From Hydrurus foetidus (taxonomy: Eukaryota), in the NCBI GenBank assembly GCA_900617105.1, contig UYFQ01000349.1:62001-126000 (forward strand): a DNA stretch of 64,000 nt, given 5' to 3'. Below are positions 26,487-40,152 of this stretch, in pieces; the stretch's first letter is position 1; every line of letters starts with the position of its first letter. Below the pieces are notes generated by a model. It was not told the origin of the DNA, made no database searches, and saw only the letters and a program-made list of their open reading frames with translations. The position numbers and the translations under genes are program-made.

Positions 26487-29400
26487 TTAAATCGACAGCA
26501 TTTCCAAAGCGTCTTGCTTTCTTGTCTTTTCAATTGGCGATCTTTGGCTATTATAACCATCAATTTTCTGCAATTTGATGTCCTCATTTCTCTTGATTCT
26601 AGTGTAGCCAGCATCCGCATTAGATTGTATCACAGCTCCTGACAATATTCCTAACAATCCTACCCTCAAAGTCCTTCGATCCTCATCATCAATTCTCTCT
26701 TCCTCTGCTGTCAATTTCAGATGAAGTGGCGGGTGCAGATTGTAGTTGCTCTGTACTTTTATGACTCTTTCCACAGCTTCTAGAAGATTATACGCATCGC
26801 TTCTTGAATAGAGGCAGGCGCATCTTTTTCTATCGATCACAACGTCTAGTCCAACGCACAAGTCCAGTATAGGCAGCCAAAATCTGACGAAAATGGAAGC
26901 GGAAAAATTGGGATTGGAGGATTAATATATCGAGGCATTCACAGAGTTGTGATAACTGTGTCGAATAAAGGACATTTAGTTAGTGCCACGCAGCAGCATT
27001 GAAAAAAAAGTGAAGTCAGTGAAAGTAAAAAACTCACCTCATAGGAATTGCTTCGTTTCTTATCAAGGTGCATAACGTCTGCACAGAGTATTGAAGTACA
27101 GACTCAGCACTATTCCCTTGCTCACTGTTCTCACTGAAAAGAACGTTCCACCTTTGTGGAGAAATTCCTACGAGAATCTGAGTGAAGTCCGTTTCTTTCT
27201 TCCACTGTACACGATCTGTGTGGGGAACCCTTGCCGTAAGTAACGCACGTACAACACTAACAAATTGTTGGAGTGCCAATCCGATATCTCCGGTTATGCC
27301 AGATTCCAGAAGTGCACCCAAGATCTCTTCTGCATCTCCAATTATATTCAAAAATGTTCCTATCGCATGATCTGATGGTGAAGATGAATGAATAGCAGTG
27401 CGTCAAATTTAATTAGATTTAGGGTTGAGGTATTACGATTCCGGAATAAAATGAACCTTTCCGAAAAGCCAATTTTTTTAGAATTCGCTGTGGTGCCACT
27501 CCCCACACCATACTAAACAATCAAAAACAGAAAATTAGTATGGTGTGGGGAGTGGCGCCCCAGCAAATTCTGAAAATTTTGGCTATTCGGAAAGCTTCAC
27601 TTTGTTACGGAATCGTAATACATAGCTATTTGTTCAGAATGAAGAAGCAGCAAAATTGGTGCAATATCATTAAAATACCTAAAGGAGAGATTCCAGATGG
27701 AGGGTCTCGGTTCCCTCCTGTATGGGTCTCCGGATAGTGCCGGAGATCAGTGAAGTCAGCGAGAGTGCTGTCTCCTGTCAATACAGGCCCTCTAGGATAC
27801 ACAGGACGCATTCTAAGCCCCCTGGGGATGAGAGGGAGATACCGTGTACCCGCACCCACACCGGATAAGAACGGAATTGTTTTCTCATGCGCACTCAGAA
27901 TCTGTGACACAGTCACTAATGCAGAACTGCACCGCCATAAAGTACGGTCTACGAGAGCGTTCGTACGGTTCAGGTCGCCGGCTAATTGATAAAATCGAAC
28001 GGCTTTCGTTACCCGACCTGCCGAAGAACTAGTTGGACATGATAATAGACGCAGAAAATGACGAAATTAGATGTGAAGTAGATGGAGATAGAAATTGAGC
28101 GATACTTCACTAAACTATATTGTACTGTACCGCAGTATACGCACAATTCTACTCAATAGCGACTTCAATAAATCCGCAGTGAACCGTTCGTTCAAACAGC
28201 ACTACACCACAACACCCCACAGGACGCCACAATACATCACATCACAAAACACAGTATCGCACCACACCACACTACACCACATCGCTACATACCAACATAT
28301 AGCTCGATACACCGCAATTCACTATACCAAAACACACACACAAAGTGCTCCTCCCACTCACCCAGCTGTGCCTCTCTGCTGCAGCCACCAGGACCCCCTA
28401 CTAGCCTCCACCGCACACGCCTCCAACTTCAACCCGAACGTACGCAAAGCGCGACACAGTGCGTACACGCCTGAGTCACTGTGAATTTTTCTTCTGGGCA
28501 ATATTGCTCTGGCGTATTCCGATCCCTTTAGGGGGCAGGCACGGAGATACCCCACAACAATCTAATTTTTTTTGAAGAATGGATTAAGTGTAAAGTGTTA
28601 AATGGAGCATTGGTATGAATGTAAAACGCGAAATGAAAATAGACAGGAAAACATGTTGTAAATAGTTCAGCTGTTGAAATGGTGAAAAATGAGATGTCAT
28701 TTTATTTTATTTTATTTTATTTTATTTATTTGTAGTACCACTTGATAATCTATCTGTATTGTATAATCGTGATTTAGATTTAAGTGTCATGGAGAGCTTT
28801 CAATGCGATTAAAAGAATACAGGAAATAAAATCGTCCTCACAGAGCAATTTGATAAAATAATATTCGACTCAAATTTATGTAATTGGTGCAGACGAAGAT
28901 TAACACTTCAGTGGGTGTCAGAAGTTAATTGTCTATTTGGCGACATATTTCAAGTAGTTCGTGAACATGAAAGTAAATAAGGAAAAAGAAAAGAAAAGAA
29001 AAAACGCTCGTTGATCCATGAAAAAAAAATCATTTTCTTACATCTAATGGATATTGAAGTTCATTTAATCTCTGAGAAGATTCCAGAAAAAGTTCTTCAA
29101 CAAAAGAACATTCGTTAGGAAGAGTTGCGGATAACAATCTTCCAACTTTTCCTCCTCCTAATAAATCTCCCAACACTTCCACACCACCACGTGTACTATT
29201 CTGACGCGTTACTGGAATACTATAAAGAGGTATCGAGGAGTCAGCTTGTGTAGACGCTGCTGTTATACCGGATAAAGACAGAATGTACGTCAGATGTGAC
29301 GTGCTCAATAAACCGAATAGAGAGCAGTGGTCTGTTTGCGCGGTACCCCACCCACACACCTCTATCAAATTTTTCAATACCACCATTGCATCACCATTCA

Positions 29401-30793
29401 TTATATTCCTCATCGTTTCTTTTTGTTTTTCCTCCCTGATTTAATTATGAAACACAATTGACAGATTAGTATTTCATCTCATCACATAGTAAAGAAAGAA
29501 TAATATTCGGCACTTTAAATTTAAAAAAATAATCATAACTACGATGAAATATCATTGACAAATACATCACACGGATTCGTAAATAAATCAGAGAATAAAA
29601 GCTATTTAAATTTAGCAAGTGTAAGTACGCACCTGATTCTGTCAGCTTCCGAAATATCTTTCCTAGGAATCATCATGTTCATAGCAGATTCGATAATTTT
29701 ACTGATATCAGCCCTGATAAGCGGAGGGGGATAAACATACAAAAATAAACCGGTTGACAAAGTGGTCCATTCTCCTTTCGAATGGGCTATTAAAGTTTCT
29801 TTATCGCCTACTAAAAGTTGTAACATTGTATTTAATTCACTGACACGACCGAGTAGTGACGAAGAACTCTGTAATATGCTCGAAACTTTATCCTGCCAGT
29901 CTTTGAATTCTGCAGATATTGTTGAGGATATTTCGACATGTTCGCAGTCTATGCTATTTGTGCTCAGTGTATTCACTACATTGATAAATGGATGGGTGGT
30001 CATCACATCGTAAATCGCTTCCAGAATATCTCTTTCAGAATCACTCCTCCTATCTGATGTTATCACTTCAGCCAAATCAGAATGCAGACTTAATATCTGC
30101 CATGCTTCATCAAGTTTTCCCTCCAAAATTAAAGCATAAATTGTTGGCCAGAATTCTTGATGATTAGGAATCTGATCTTGCGGAACGTTCTGGGGAGCCC
30201 TTATTGATCGGAAAGTTTCTAAGGCTCCTTCCCAGTCAATCGGTGGTACCCCATTCATCTGCGCGTAATATATTGTAATTCATGCAGAACATTAAATCGC
30301 TGATGGTATGGCAGTGGTATCCGTTGGAAGTTATCCGACTGATTCGATAGTATTCGAAATGGAGTTTCTCCAGCTGCATTTTATCTCCTACCTTCAGCCA
30401 GACAACAGCCTCCAAACTGCTACTATTGCTTTGGTTTAAGAGAAATATTTCACAGAGATGCCATGTCGTTACAAGATATGCCGTCAGATCATATTCGGGT
30501 TGGAGAGACTCCATCCCCAAGTTGTTTTGACCAAAAAATGTCGTTTCAATTTGATCTATATCAATGAGCAATGTCGATAGCTGCTCGCGAAATAGCCGAC
30601 TGAAACGATATAGCATCGCACGCATTGCGGACGCATGATTCCTCAGATCCATCCTGTCATCCTGTAAAGCAACTGATCGCTTTCCAACATCGTCGAAAAC
30701 TCGAAAGGAGCCAAAGATAAATTTTCTGATTGCGAGCTCGATCGGTTTTTTCCTCTGATCCAGAGGGAGACTGAGCCTACTCTCCTCCATCAT
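26487..30793 (-). CDS. NUP85: Nucleoporin Nup85, multi-exon
   Basis: TWHLCEIFL, FWPTIYALILEGKLDEAWQILSLH and IVVGYLRACPLKGSEYARAILPR match recalled Nup85 blocks. Exons include ~30393-30793, ~29633-30258, ~29040-29436, ~28363-28561, ~27679-27982, ~27038-27372 and 26487-26884. Confidence 0.8.
27430..27621. mobile_element. Foldback/MITE-like palindromic element in a Nup85 intron
   Basis: Termini gtattacgattccg...cggaatcgtaatac. Inner arms gccactccccacaccatactaa / ttagtatggtgtggggagtggc are perfect inverses around an ~18-nt loop. Confidence 0.75.
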
Positions 30794-32157
30794 CGCAATT
30801 GGTTTTTGTTGGATTGCGATGGACAGCAAAGTTGCAAACTGAGCAGTAGCTGGGATACGTCTCTGATCTCTGATATGGCTGTGGGTGAAGTCTCAAGTCT
30901 CAAGGCTCAAGTGACTGTAAGTACAAATGATAACGATGTCCGTTTTTATTTCAAATTTTGTGAGATATTTGATATTTTCGGTCAAATATTATCTATATCA
31001 TGGTCAAATCCAGCAAACTTTTTGTCGCTGGACACTGCAAATACCTTTTCTAAATAGCAGATGTCAAATCAGGTCGATCGATTAGGCCAAGAAACTATTT
31101 GGAGGTCAATTATTCAAAAGAATACAACAGAAATGGAAGAGCAGTTTTTGATCGCATTTCTTTTCTTCTTTTTATATCGCAGTTTTTGAAGCCGCATTTC
31201 TTGAATATCATCTGTTTTTTCGATGTGGAATATTCCTCCTGTGTAATTCTTTTTGTAGTAAGATAAAATAGGATACGGTATCCTGATTTTGAACGAACTT
31301 GAATGAACCAATATTTCACCGCAGAAATCTGAAAAATGTCAACCGTAATTAACCGTTAGTTGGACTGTATCTTCGTAGTAGAATCAGATATTACAGCTTC
31401 AACTCTTAGAAAGCTGAGATTTTTGAGGAGAACAATATGAGTAATATTTCTATCTGCTGGTGTACCGATATTAGCCAGACAAATCGTCTCTATACTGTGG
31501 ACCGATTCTGCTCCATTGATGACTGGAGTAAGTGTACTCCACGCAATACAATGAATGCGCAGAAAAATAATTTGATTTTACATTTGTGTGCATTTGTTTG
31601 ATGATTTAGTATTTGTCTGAACAATTGTGTAGAAAGACGTATGAAAAGATTTCCATCTCAGAATCTTGCCAACAAGAAAATGTCTACTGACAGCTGAGGT
31701 TCACAGAGTAGAGAGCCAACAAAGCTTGGTGCTAATAGGCCAAGAGTATCTACCATCTAAAAGTCGATCGAGAGTTATGCTGATTGCCCGATATCTGAAT
31801 TTTCCAACGGTTTGGTTTCACTATCTTACAGTAATTTCTACCTCACTGATTGGCGTAATAGAAGCAAACAAACATGTAAGTAAGCCTACAGATCCAGCGC
31901 CTCACGAATCTATGAGAAGATAATAGCAGAGTAAATATCGGAATCACACGCTACAAGACATTCCAAAGTTTGAGGCATCACGTTACTTCTTTAATTTACA
32001 GTATCACAATTGCCCAAGAAAAGTTTGAAACTCAGTATATCTTTGAGAGGACAGCCCAAGTCAAAAGAGTGGTTGTGAATCGCTGACTTCTTCAATCTAA
32101 TCCTTTGTCGTTGGTAATCATTCATAATCTAAAATTCTCCAGCTGGGCTTCATTGTC

Positions 32158-32406
32158 TTATTCCTCCTCTTCCCCTTCCTCTTCTTCTTCTGCTGCTGCG
32201 TGTGCGTCGTGATCAGCCTTTTGCTTTATGAAATAAGAGTCTGGCACCAGAATTGGAAAACTCGATAGGATGCACGATATGATCAGTATCGAATATACAA
32301 TTTTCTCCTTATAAGACTCATAGTTGGGGTGGTTTTTGAAGCTTGAGAACATTGTACGGACACCGATCGCCCTTTTCATGGGAGTTACGAAAGTTCTTGA
32401 AAACAT
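32158..32406 (-). CDS. Small single-TM protein with a mitochondrial presequence-like N-terminus and acidic tail, 82 aa
   Basis: MFSRTFVTPMKRAIGVRTMFSS (Arg/Ser/Thr-rich, no acidic residues); TM IVYSILIISCILSSFPILV; poly-Glu end. Confidence 0.7.
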   Translation of the reverse strand: MFSRTFVTPMKRAIGVRTMFSSFKNHPNYESYKEKIVYSILIISCILSSFPILVPDSYFIKQKADHDAHAAAEEEEEGEEEE

Positions 32407-32829
32407 CCTCAGATAATATTTGCGCTCTTCGTTGCCTCAGATATTATAGACAGTGGGGGGAGTGAGATATGGAATGTTGAGGACACTACTTCACTCTAGC
32501 GCAGCGGCAATGGATATTGTGATCAACGCAATGGACACGAGTGTACACAAGACACAAGTATGTACGTACAATACTTTGGTTGGAGTCAATTGAGCCGCTG
32601 TGCGCTCACGTCACTTTTCTGACTTCTTGTCGCTCTCACCGAGTTGAGTTGGAACAACATTCCTCCTAAATGGGTACTCAATACTCCATCAAAATCCCAT
32701 CAGCATTCTACCCTCAATTCCAGAATTGCCTGAAGTTTGCGAAGTCCTCTACTCCAGGCTCCTCTTGTAGTTTAAGACTGTCAACCGCAAACCACCCGTG
32801 CCGTATAACGATATTACTTCTCATAGAGG

Positions 32830-33033
32830 ATGACAGGACAAAAAACTCTCTTTGATAAAGCTAGGCAGTTGTGGGGTGGAGATCAAAGTCGAGCATTTAA
32901 GGCTGGCGCTTGGGTATTTGCAGGCACTATCGCTCTCGCCACATCATTACCTGCTGAGTACTTCACCAGCTTCATGGGTCCAAAGACATGTGAAGTTATA
33001 AAAGTTGAAACGAACAAACAGCAGGATAAATAG
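32830..33033 (+). CDS. Small single-TM protein, 67 aa
   Basis: ATG-initiated; hydrophobic AGAWVFAGTIALATSL; head-to-head with 32158-32406. Confidence 0.5.
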   Translation: MTGQKTLFDKARQLWGGDQSRAFKAGAWVFAGTIALATSLPAEYFTSFMGPKTCEVIKVETNKQQDK

Positions 33034-34027
33034 CTTCTGCGAAAGTAGTCTTTGGCGCACTCTCTCAGCATTGTGTGTTTGACGAAATGATTGCTGTAGT
33101 CCAGCTACGACGCCATTCTGAAATCCGTCAAATCTTGAGAGTCGTCGCCAATCAAGAAATATCTCTCAGCTTGTACCTGTATCTCATCCATACCGCCGAC
33201 TGTAAGACACCACTACAGCTCTTTCAACTCAAATCACGTCGTCTATGCACAATATTCAAATTCTTATGTCTCAGGCTATGCATATTGAGACAGGATACCT
33301 CAGCCTTTTTATCTTGTGAAGGCAATCGAAAGAATGTAAATCTAAATTGAGCTTTTCGTACTCTATACTTCCGACTTGAACTGCGGAGGAATCAGCAGAC
33401 AAATCTTCTTTTACAGCTTTTTTGCTATCCAAAACCTTTTTCAAGGATAATGCACAGTTGGAAGGATGCTAGAAACTGATGCACAGACCGTCATACTAAA
33501 TGCAGACAGAAAACTTCTCATGTTCTCCATCTATTTTCGTGCATTTTGACTGATCAAAAATGAGTAATTTGAGCAGTCGCGCAATATTCCGCTGTAGCCA
33601 TACGTCACAAATACATATCTATTCGACATCCTACATTCTATCGTTTGAATTGAACAGTCGGCTGGATCTTCGCGACTTCCGAGTATTGATACCAGTCTAC
33701 AGAACGCTCCGCTGATTTCCTGCTACGACGCACTTTGTCGTCTTTCCCACATTTGGCATCTTGATGGCAACTAGCTGCACTTGGTGCTGAAAGGAGTACA
33801 GATGGAGAGCACTGCAAAGCGCTGACCACGTTGTGCGTTGAGTGAGTACTATAGGACAGGATAGGTCAGCCATAAATGTCATTCGCAGTTCTGAGCACAG
33901 CGCCAAATAGTGAATGCTACTGCAGCGAGTCTTTTGCAGTCAAGGTGAGCCTCACTTTCAATCATTTTGACCAAAAGGTGTGTACCTTAACACTGCTGCA
34001 CTTACACGACCTTTCAAACCGTATGAA

Positions 34028-34211
34028 ATCGAGGATCGTGTTTAATCGCTGATCAACTTTTAATCTGGACCCCTTATACACGACAATTCACACACATAAT
34101 CTGTACTGTACTTAAACTGGATGCGTACGGTACAGATTGTGCGTGTTAATTGTCGTGTGTAGGGGTGGGTCCAGATTAAACGTGGATCTGTAGTTAAAGA
34201 GGATCCTCGAA
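34028..34211. mobile_element. Palindromic MITE-like element, family 1, copy 1 (intergenic)
   Basis: Arms ...tttaatctggacccc-tatacacgacaattcacac-aatctgtac / gtacagatt-gtgttaattgtcgtgt-ggggtgggtccagattaaa...; homologous to 47260-47440. Confidence 0.8.
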
Positions 34212-34433
34212 TTCTTGTTTTATTTTCTAACAATTTAAGAAAGTATCTGTGCAGAAAATGGTAAAATGCCCTATGGATCGGAAATGCTGGAAAAAAGAAA
34301 AATCCAAGCATCAAAGCGGAATTTTTTATAAAAATAAATTTAAGGAAAAGTTGTCAAAATCAATAAAATTAGATGTGAAATAAATGTGTATCAATAAGAT
34401 AAAGATGAAAAGTCATGTATGCACGTAAAGTTT

Positions 34434-37400
34434 TCAATGGTATATTCCGTATTTGGCTGCTGCGGCAAAGAGTCCACTGGCATGCTCACTTGCTCTGTCA
34501 ACAGCTCCGCGTAATTCAGAATTCTCAACTTCAACTTCAATTTCAACTTCAACATGACACCTATCGTAGTGATTGACATCTATTTTTGGTATTGGAGTCG
34601 CAGTTACATTGGAATGAAAGGTGTAATTAGTATTTGATTCATCATTTATATAGGAAGGAAGTGAAGTTGAATAATTATTCGAATTTGAAGAATTATTATT
34701 ATTTGCCGTTCTTAGATGATGTTGAAGTTCAACAGCAGTAAAATGTGCCCCTGGAGAATGTTCCCAGCCCACCGGAGAACGTTCTTTCCTAACACTTTCT
34801 TTGAAATTACAACTGCTATGTACACTGTGAATATCGATTATTTCTTTTTCATGCAAAAAAGAAGATTTATAATGTGACGTGGTTCCTGGACCGTCCAGAT
34901 TCCTACTATTCTCAAATAAATGATCTTCAGAATTATCATTATTTTCTTTAATAAAATCATGCGGAATGGAGTATTTATTATAATTTGAATTAGAAAATAA
35001 ATTGTTTTCATATCTATTTTTTCTAATATTTTTAGTGTAACGTTCAGGACTTTGTACGGGTGAAAATCTTCTGATTGGCTCTTTTAGTGATGAAGAAATA
35101 CGACCAAGGCGTTTTATTGAATTTGAAATATCCCCTGGGGGAGAATGAAGTGAATCAATATCGCAATTTCCTACAGAAGAATCTTGAGAATGTTCCGGAG
35201 AATGTTCAGCTAAAGAATGTTCTTCACTGTTATTTGTTGTAGATGACGGGCGAGAAATTTGTTCTGGTTCGTAATTCGAAGGATCGTGAAATGAATTTTG
35301 ATTTTTAGAAATATTTCCATAAATGTCAAAAGTTGTATTTTTTTTTGTTTTCGTGTTATTCATTTTACTACTGCTACTATTATCATTATTATTACTGATG
35401 TTAGTGGTATTTTTGTTTTTATTCTTTTCGATAGTTTTTTCATCTGTAATTATTGTCAATTTTTTCTTTTTCTGTTGATAATTTATTTCATTTTCTAAAT
35501 GATTAACAATATTGTCATGATTCATTTTATCAACATCATCATCACTTTCATTTTCACTTTCATTTTCATTTTCATCATTATTTTCATTATTATTTTCATT
35601 ATTCCTGCCTTTACTACCCATATTCTCATATTTGCTATATGCATTCTCCTCCACTTTCTTTTTTGTTCTATCATTTTGTGCACCATATTTATCTATTTCA
35701 GCCTGTTTTGATGCTTTGAATGCCGCACCAAATTTGCTTACTATTCCCATTGAATTTTTAAATTCGGAAGTTTGGGAAGCTGCGAAAAAACAGAAAACAA
35801 ACGTGAGAAACGTTTCAATGTGTTGCACGAAAAATAGAAAAATCAACAAAAATATTCATGGATCTGAAATTCATCTCAAAACAATTTTGAATTAGTCATG
35901 AGGTGCAAAAAGAAGAAAATAGAAGAAACAGAAAATACAAGAAACAGAAAATACAAGAAACAGAAAATACAAGAAACAGAAAATAGAAGAAAGAGAAAAT
36001 GGAAAGAAGAACAGAACACATTAAATTTTAATGTCATTGTGTAACAGAAAAGAAAACTGAGATAGGCAATACAATCAGTATTTCCAGCAAAACTGTTTTA
36101 TGATTGTGAAAGAGGAACAAAAAGAAAAAGACTTCAAAAAGATTCGACTGTACAAATAATGTGATAATTTACAAATGGAAATAAACATCCAAAAGATGCA
36201 TTATAAAAAAAATTGAAGAAAATACATGACATTATGCCAATTACAATAATACAATATTTATTTCGGGACCCAAAATTGTGTCGTAAAATAAATCTGTTCT
36301 GTCGTGAACTGATCATCAAGGAATGTGTCGCAAAAACCATGACATAGGAAATGTTGTTGCATAGTTCCGATCAACACACAGGACAATGTCAGATATTTAA
36401 TAGTTATGTTTGATGTTTATTCAAACTGACCTAGTTCGATTGTGGCGCTGTGCAATCGAAATTTCTCCGCACTGAAATCCTGCAAAATACCAAACAATAA
36501 ATAAATGAAAATAAGATAAGAATAATTTGAGAAGGAATAATTCGTGTAATTAAATTCGGTGACACGCAATAAACAATTAACAGTACGACTGTAGAAGAAA
36601 ACGATAGCTGCTCTCTCATGAAATCACTCTGGTAAGGGGGGAGGGAAGGAGGGTTGGGTGGGGTGCACGCCGGAAAAGTACACAAAAATAGAAATTTATG
36701 ACATTTTATATTTTTCAGGGGACTTTTCGTCTAGAATAGTCCTGTAAGTGCTACTGTTGTACCCCCCCTCAGTGGAGAGTTTCAGGGGAGAAACGACCAT
36801 TTTGTTTTTCGGGCGTAACACTGTTACAACATTTAGGACGGTAAGCGAGATTATAAAAAAAATGAAAAAACAACACCAATTGATTCAGAATAAAAATGAA
36901 AAAGAAAATGAAAAAATCTTTGTAAAAATTTTAAAATGGACTTATCTGACTCTAAAAAAATTAATCAAACCTTTTGGGATATCAGCAAATTGGATGCTTC
37001 TCGCTGGATCAGTCTATGGGCCTGAAGATAATGTGCACGGATTTCCTGCAAAAACGGTAAAATCAGAGTGACAAAATTTTTGAGAACGAATATCACAATT
37101 AGTGGCCAATTTTCGATTTTTGTTTTTTTACTGAAATCGGTGATAACCTCAATTTCGGATTCTCTTTCCATCAGCTCTTGTTCCATTTTACGCAGACCAT
37201 TCTCCGCAGCGATTATCTCTACCAACGAAAGAAAATTGAAATTAGAATTCAAACACAAATTTGTTTTTATCACTAGAGAACAAACTTGTCGATGTTCTGT
37301 GATTTACGGATAATAAATATGCATATCGTTCTCTTTGATATTTGTACCTTGTGATCTTTTTTCAGCGCCAACTAATACCGTTTCTGCTTTTTTCAAAATC

Positions 37401-40152
37401 TGAACAGCGGCTTCCCTGATAAAAAAAATAACAAAAAAAAAATAAATAAATAAAAAATAAATAAATAAAAAATAATATGGCGATTAATTTGGGATATTAT
37501 CCTTACTGCGAGAAAAACTAATATTCTATTCATTCAAAAAGGGACGAAAATAGACGAAAATAAAAGACGTACATGCTGTACGGTACACATCAACACAGAG
37601 TACTGTAACATTAAATTGCTAATTAAATATTTTCAACGCAATCGAATAAACTAAATTAAGATCAAATAAATTTGATTTGATTTATGAGATCAATTTTGAT
37701 TCTCATCATATACAGAGAAAAACGAAATAATGGACAATTAAGGTGAAGTTAAGTAAAGTAATGTCTTTGACTACAAGTAAAGTAAAATAAAAATATGGTA
37801 AATAAACCAATAAGAATAATAATAAAGGAAATAAACCAATAACAATAATGTAAATACCTGTCTTCCGATGTTGCTTGCAGCATTGGCTCGACAGAAGCTT
37901 TGGCCGACTCGAAATTAGCTGGTAAATAAGATTAAAATGGAAAAAATCATTGATGAGAAAATTGTACTTCATTACATTGCAGTAATGAAAGTAAATAAAC
38001 AAACCATAATACAGAAAAATTCACACTGCTACACATATACTGAAAAACAAAAACAAGCAGTTTGTAAAACAACATCACAGGATCAGGATAGTGTTACATT
38101 TCATTACCTTGGGCTCGATTGAAATTATTCACGTCTAATTTAAAGTTCGCTTCTCTTCTTGTTAAGTCCAATACCTGTAGAGAAATTTCTTTTTTTTCCA
38201 GAGCAATTTTCGATTCCAATTTTTGTTTTTCATGTTCCAGGTTATTTTTTTCATTTTCAATTCTGTCCCTAGTATAATAAATTTGAAATATAAAATTAGC
38301 ATCACACCTTCATCAAAAGGCAGTAGCATAAGCGCCGAATTTAACGTTGTTTTGTAAGTATTATCGTATAACGATTTTCTTAGATCCCACACTTGTATCG
38401 AAGTAATCGGAATAATTGAAAACTGAGAGAAATTAAGTTCTTTCACATATAAATGCCTTGAACAACAATAAAATCCTCACATTCCACAAAAAATCATTCT
38501 AATATCACTAATAAATTAGAGAGGGAAAAAGCAGGGAGTCACCTTGCATCCGCGATTTCCACCTCTACCTTCATCCTTACGCGCACTACCTCATCAGAAG
38601 CTTCTCGAGATCGAACTTCAAGTTGGGCGAACCTTCTTTGTTCTTCAGCACGTAGAGAACGTTCCCGGTCAATCAGCGATCCTAAAAATGTTAACAATAC
38701 CGTGTAGGGAAAAATTAAATTCAACGGACCATCTATGAATTGATATTGTTTAAAAAAGTGTAACACTATATTTATTCTATTAATCAAAAGTTTCTCCAAA
38801 AATCTATCCGGTATTTCTACAGTATATGTTATGGCAATAGCAGTATATCTGTACGAATAGTGTTCTCACATACGCACGTCACACTGAAGCGTACTGTACG
38901 TACCTTCCATGTTTTTGTTCCTTGCTATCTGTTCTTCCAGCAGTCTCCTGTGTTCCTCGGGCAGTCTTTCCCTCTCCCGATTTAGTCTGATGAAATAAGA
39001 GATGTTACGATGACATAAAAAAGAAGATCGCAGTGAGTGAAGATGGGATAATACTGAAGAGACAAAAGCGCGAAATTGAGTTTTAACAATTTACGCTTGT
39101 AATTTCACTGATTTGAAGTATCAACAGTTCTTCATGATGGGTAGTACGTTCACAGCAATTCTCAATTCAATAAAATATACATCATAAATCACATTTTTAT
39201 ACCTCGCTTCACTCGCCTCTAGACTTTGTTGCACAACAGTGGATAGCAAATTATACCGTAATATATCGGCTTTTAACGTATGTTTTTCTGCAGCCCATTT
39301 CTCTTCATTTATCCGGTTTAGATTTTTCTCATTTGATAGTGTCTCCTCGCATTCTTTCATTCTTATCTGCAATTCCTCGAACTTTTCTTTTATTGTGGCA
39401 GTTTCATCTTCCTTCAATGCCAGATCAGCTTCTACTAGTTTTTTACCATAAGTCATTATTTCCAATGATTTTGTAACACTTTCAAATTGAGCACTGAGTG
39501 TCTCATTTTCGTGCTCTTGTAATTTCAATCGAGATTTAATATCGCGCAGTTCCATGTCATACTGAGCCCTTCTGCTATCCGCTCTAGATTTCTTCTCGCG
39601 AGCAACTTGTCTTCTTTCTTGCAGAAGGTTCCTCTGCTGATTTCTTAAGCGAACTACTTCTTTACTTATATCCTCGAGAGCTATCTCAGCTTGCAACGAT
39701 GCAATATTAATACCAGGCAATCTCACGACTTGTTGCTCTACTGGTGCAGTGATAGAGTCGATATCTTTGTTTTTGATAATTCCAATTAATGTTTGTCGCA
39801 CTGGAGTTTCAGGTAGTCTTTTCTCGCCCTCATCCTCGAAGTCGTTACTGTAAGCAAACGTTGCATTACTCTGTGCCATGGTCTCTTCGAATTCTGCACT
39901 GTAGTCATTAGAATCATCATCGCTGATGGAAGCCGCATTGATTATTTCCGGAACAGATCTAGGAATATCTCTGGATGGGACCTTTACTTGATCATTTTTC
40001 TGCATTGTGACGACCGGAACGCTTTTCTGAGTCCGAATTGACCTGATCCGATCTTCCGCATCATCGCTACGTTCGAATGCTTGATAATCAGTAGAGTCAA
40101 CGTCTGACCTGTAGTCTAACTCCTCTGAGATAATACTCTCTTCGTCAGACAT
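34434..40152 (-). CDS. Multi-exon coiled-coil protein of unknown function with a disordered N/S-rich C-terminus
   Basis: Phase-consistent exons can be joined: 40152-39203, ~38986-38904, ~38681-38543, ~38268-38108, ~37918-37858, ~37414-37348, ~37220-37148, ~37045-36971, ~36479-36431, ~35779-34434. Long heptad-rich E/K/R/L stretches. First ATG is at 40152 (the ORF track's 40197 is GTG). Confidence 0.75.
35911..36000. repeat. 16-bp minisatellite (AGAAACAGAAAATACA), about 5 copies, intronic
   Basis: Direct reading. Confidence 0.85.

Noticed and set aside
36595..36810. Weak inverted repeat and a short minus-strand ORF in an intron
   Set aside because: Arms too degenerate to support; the ORF phase is incompatible with the flanking exons, which join without it
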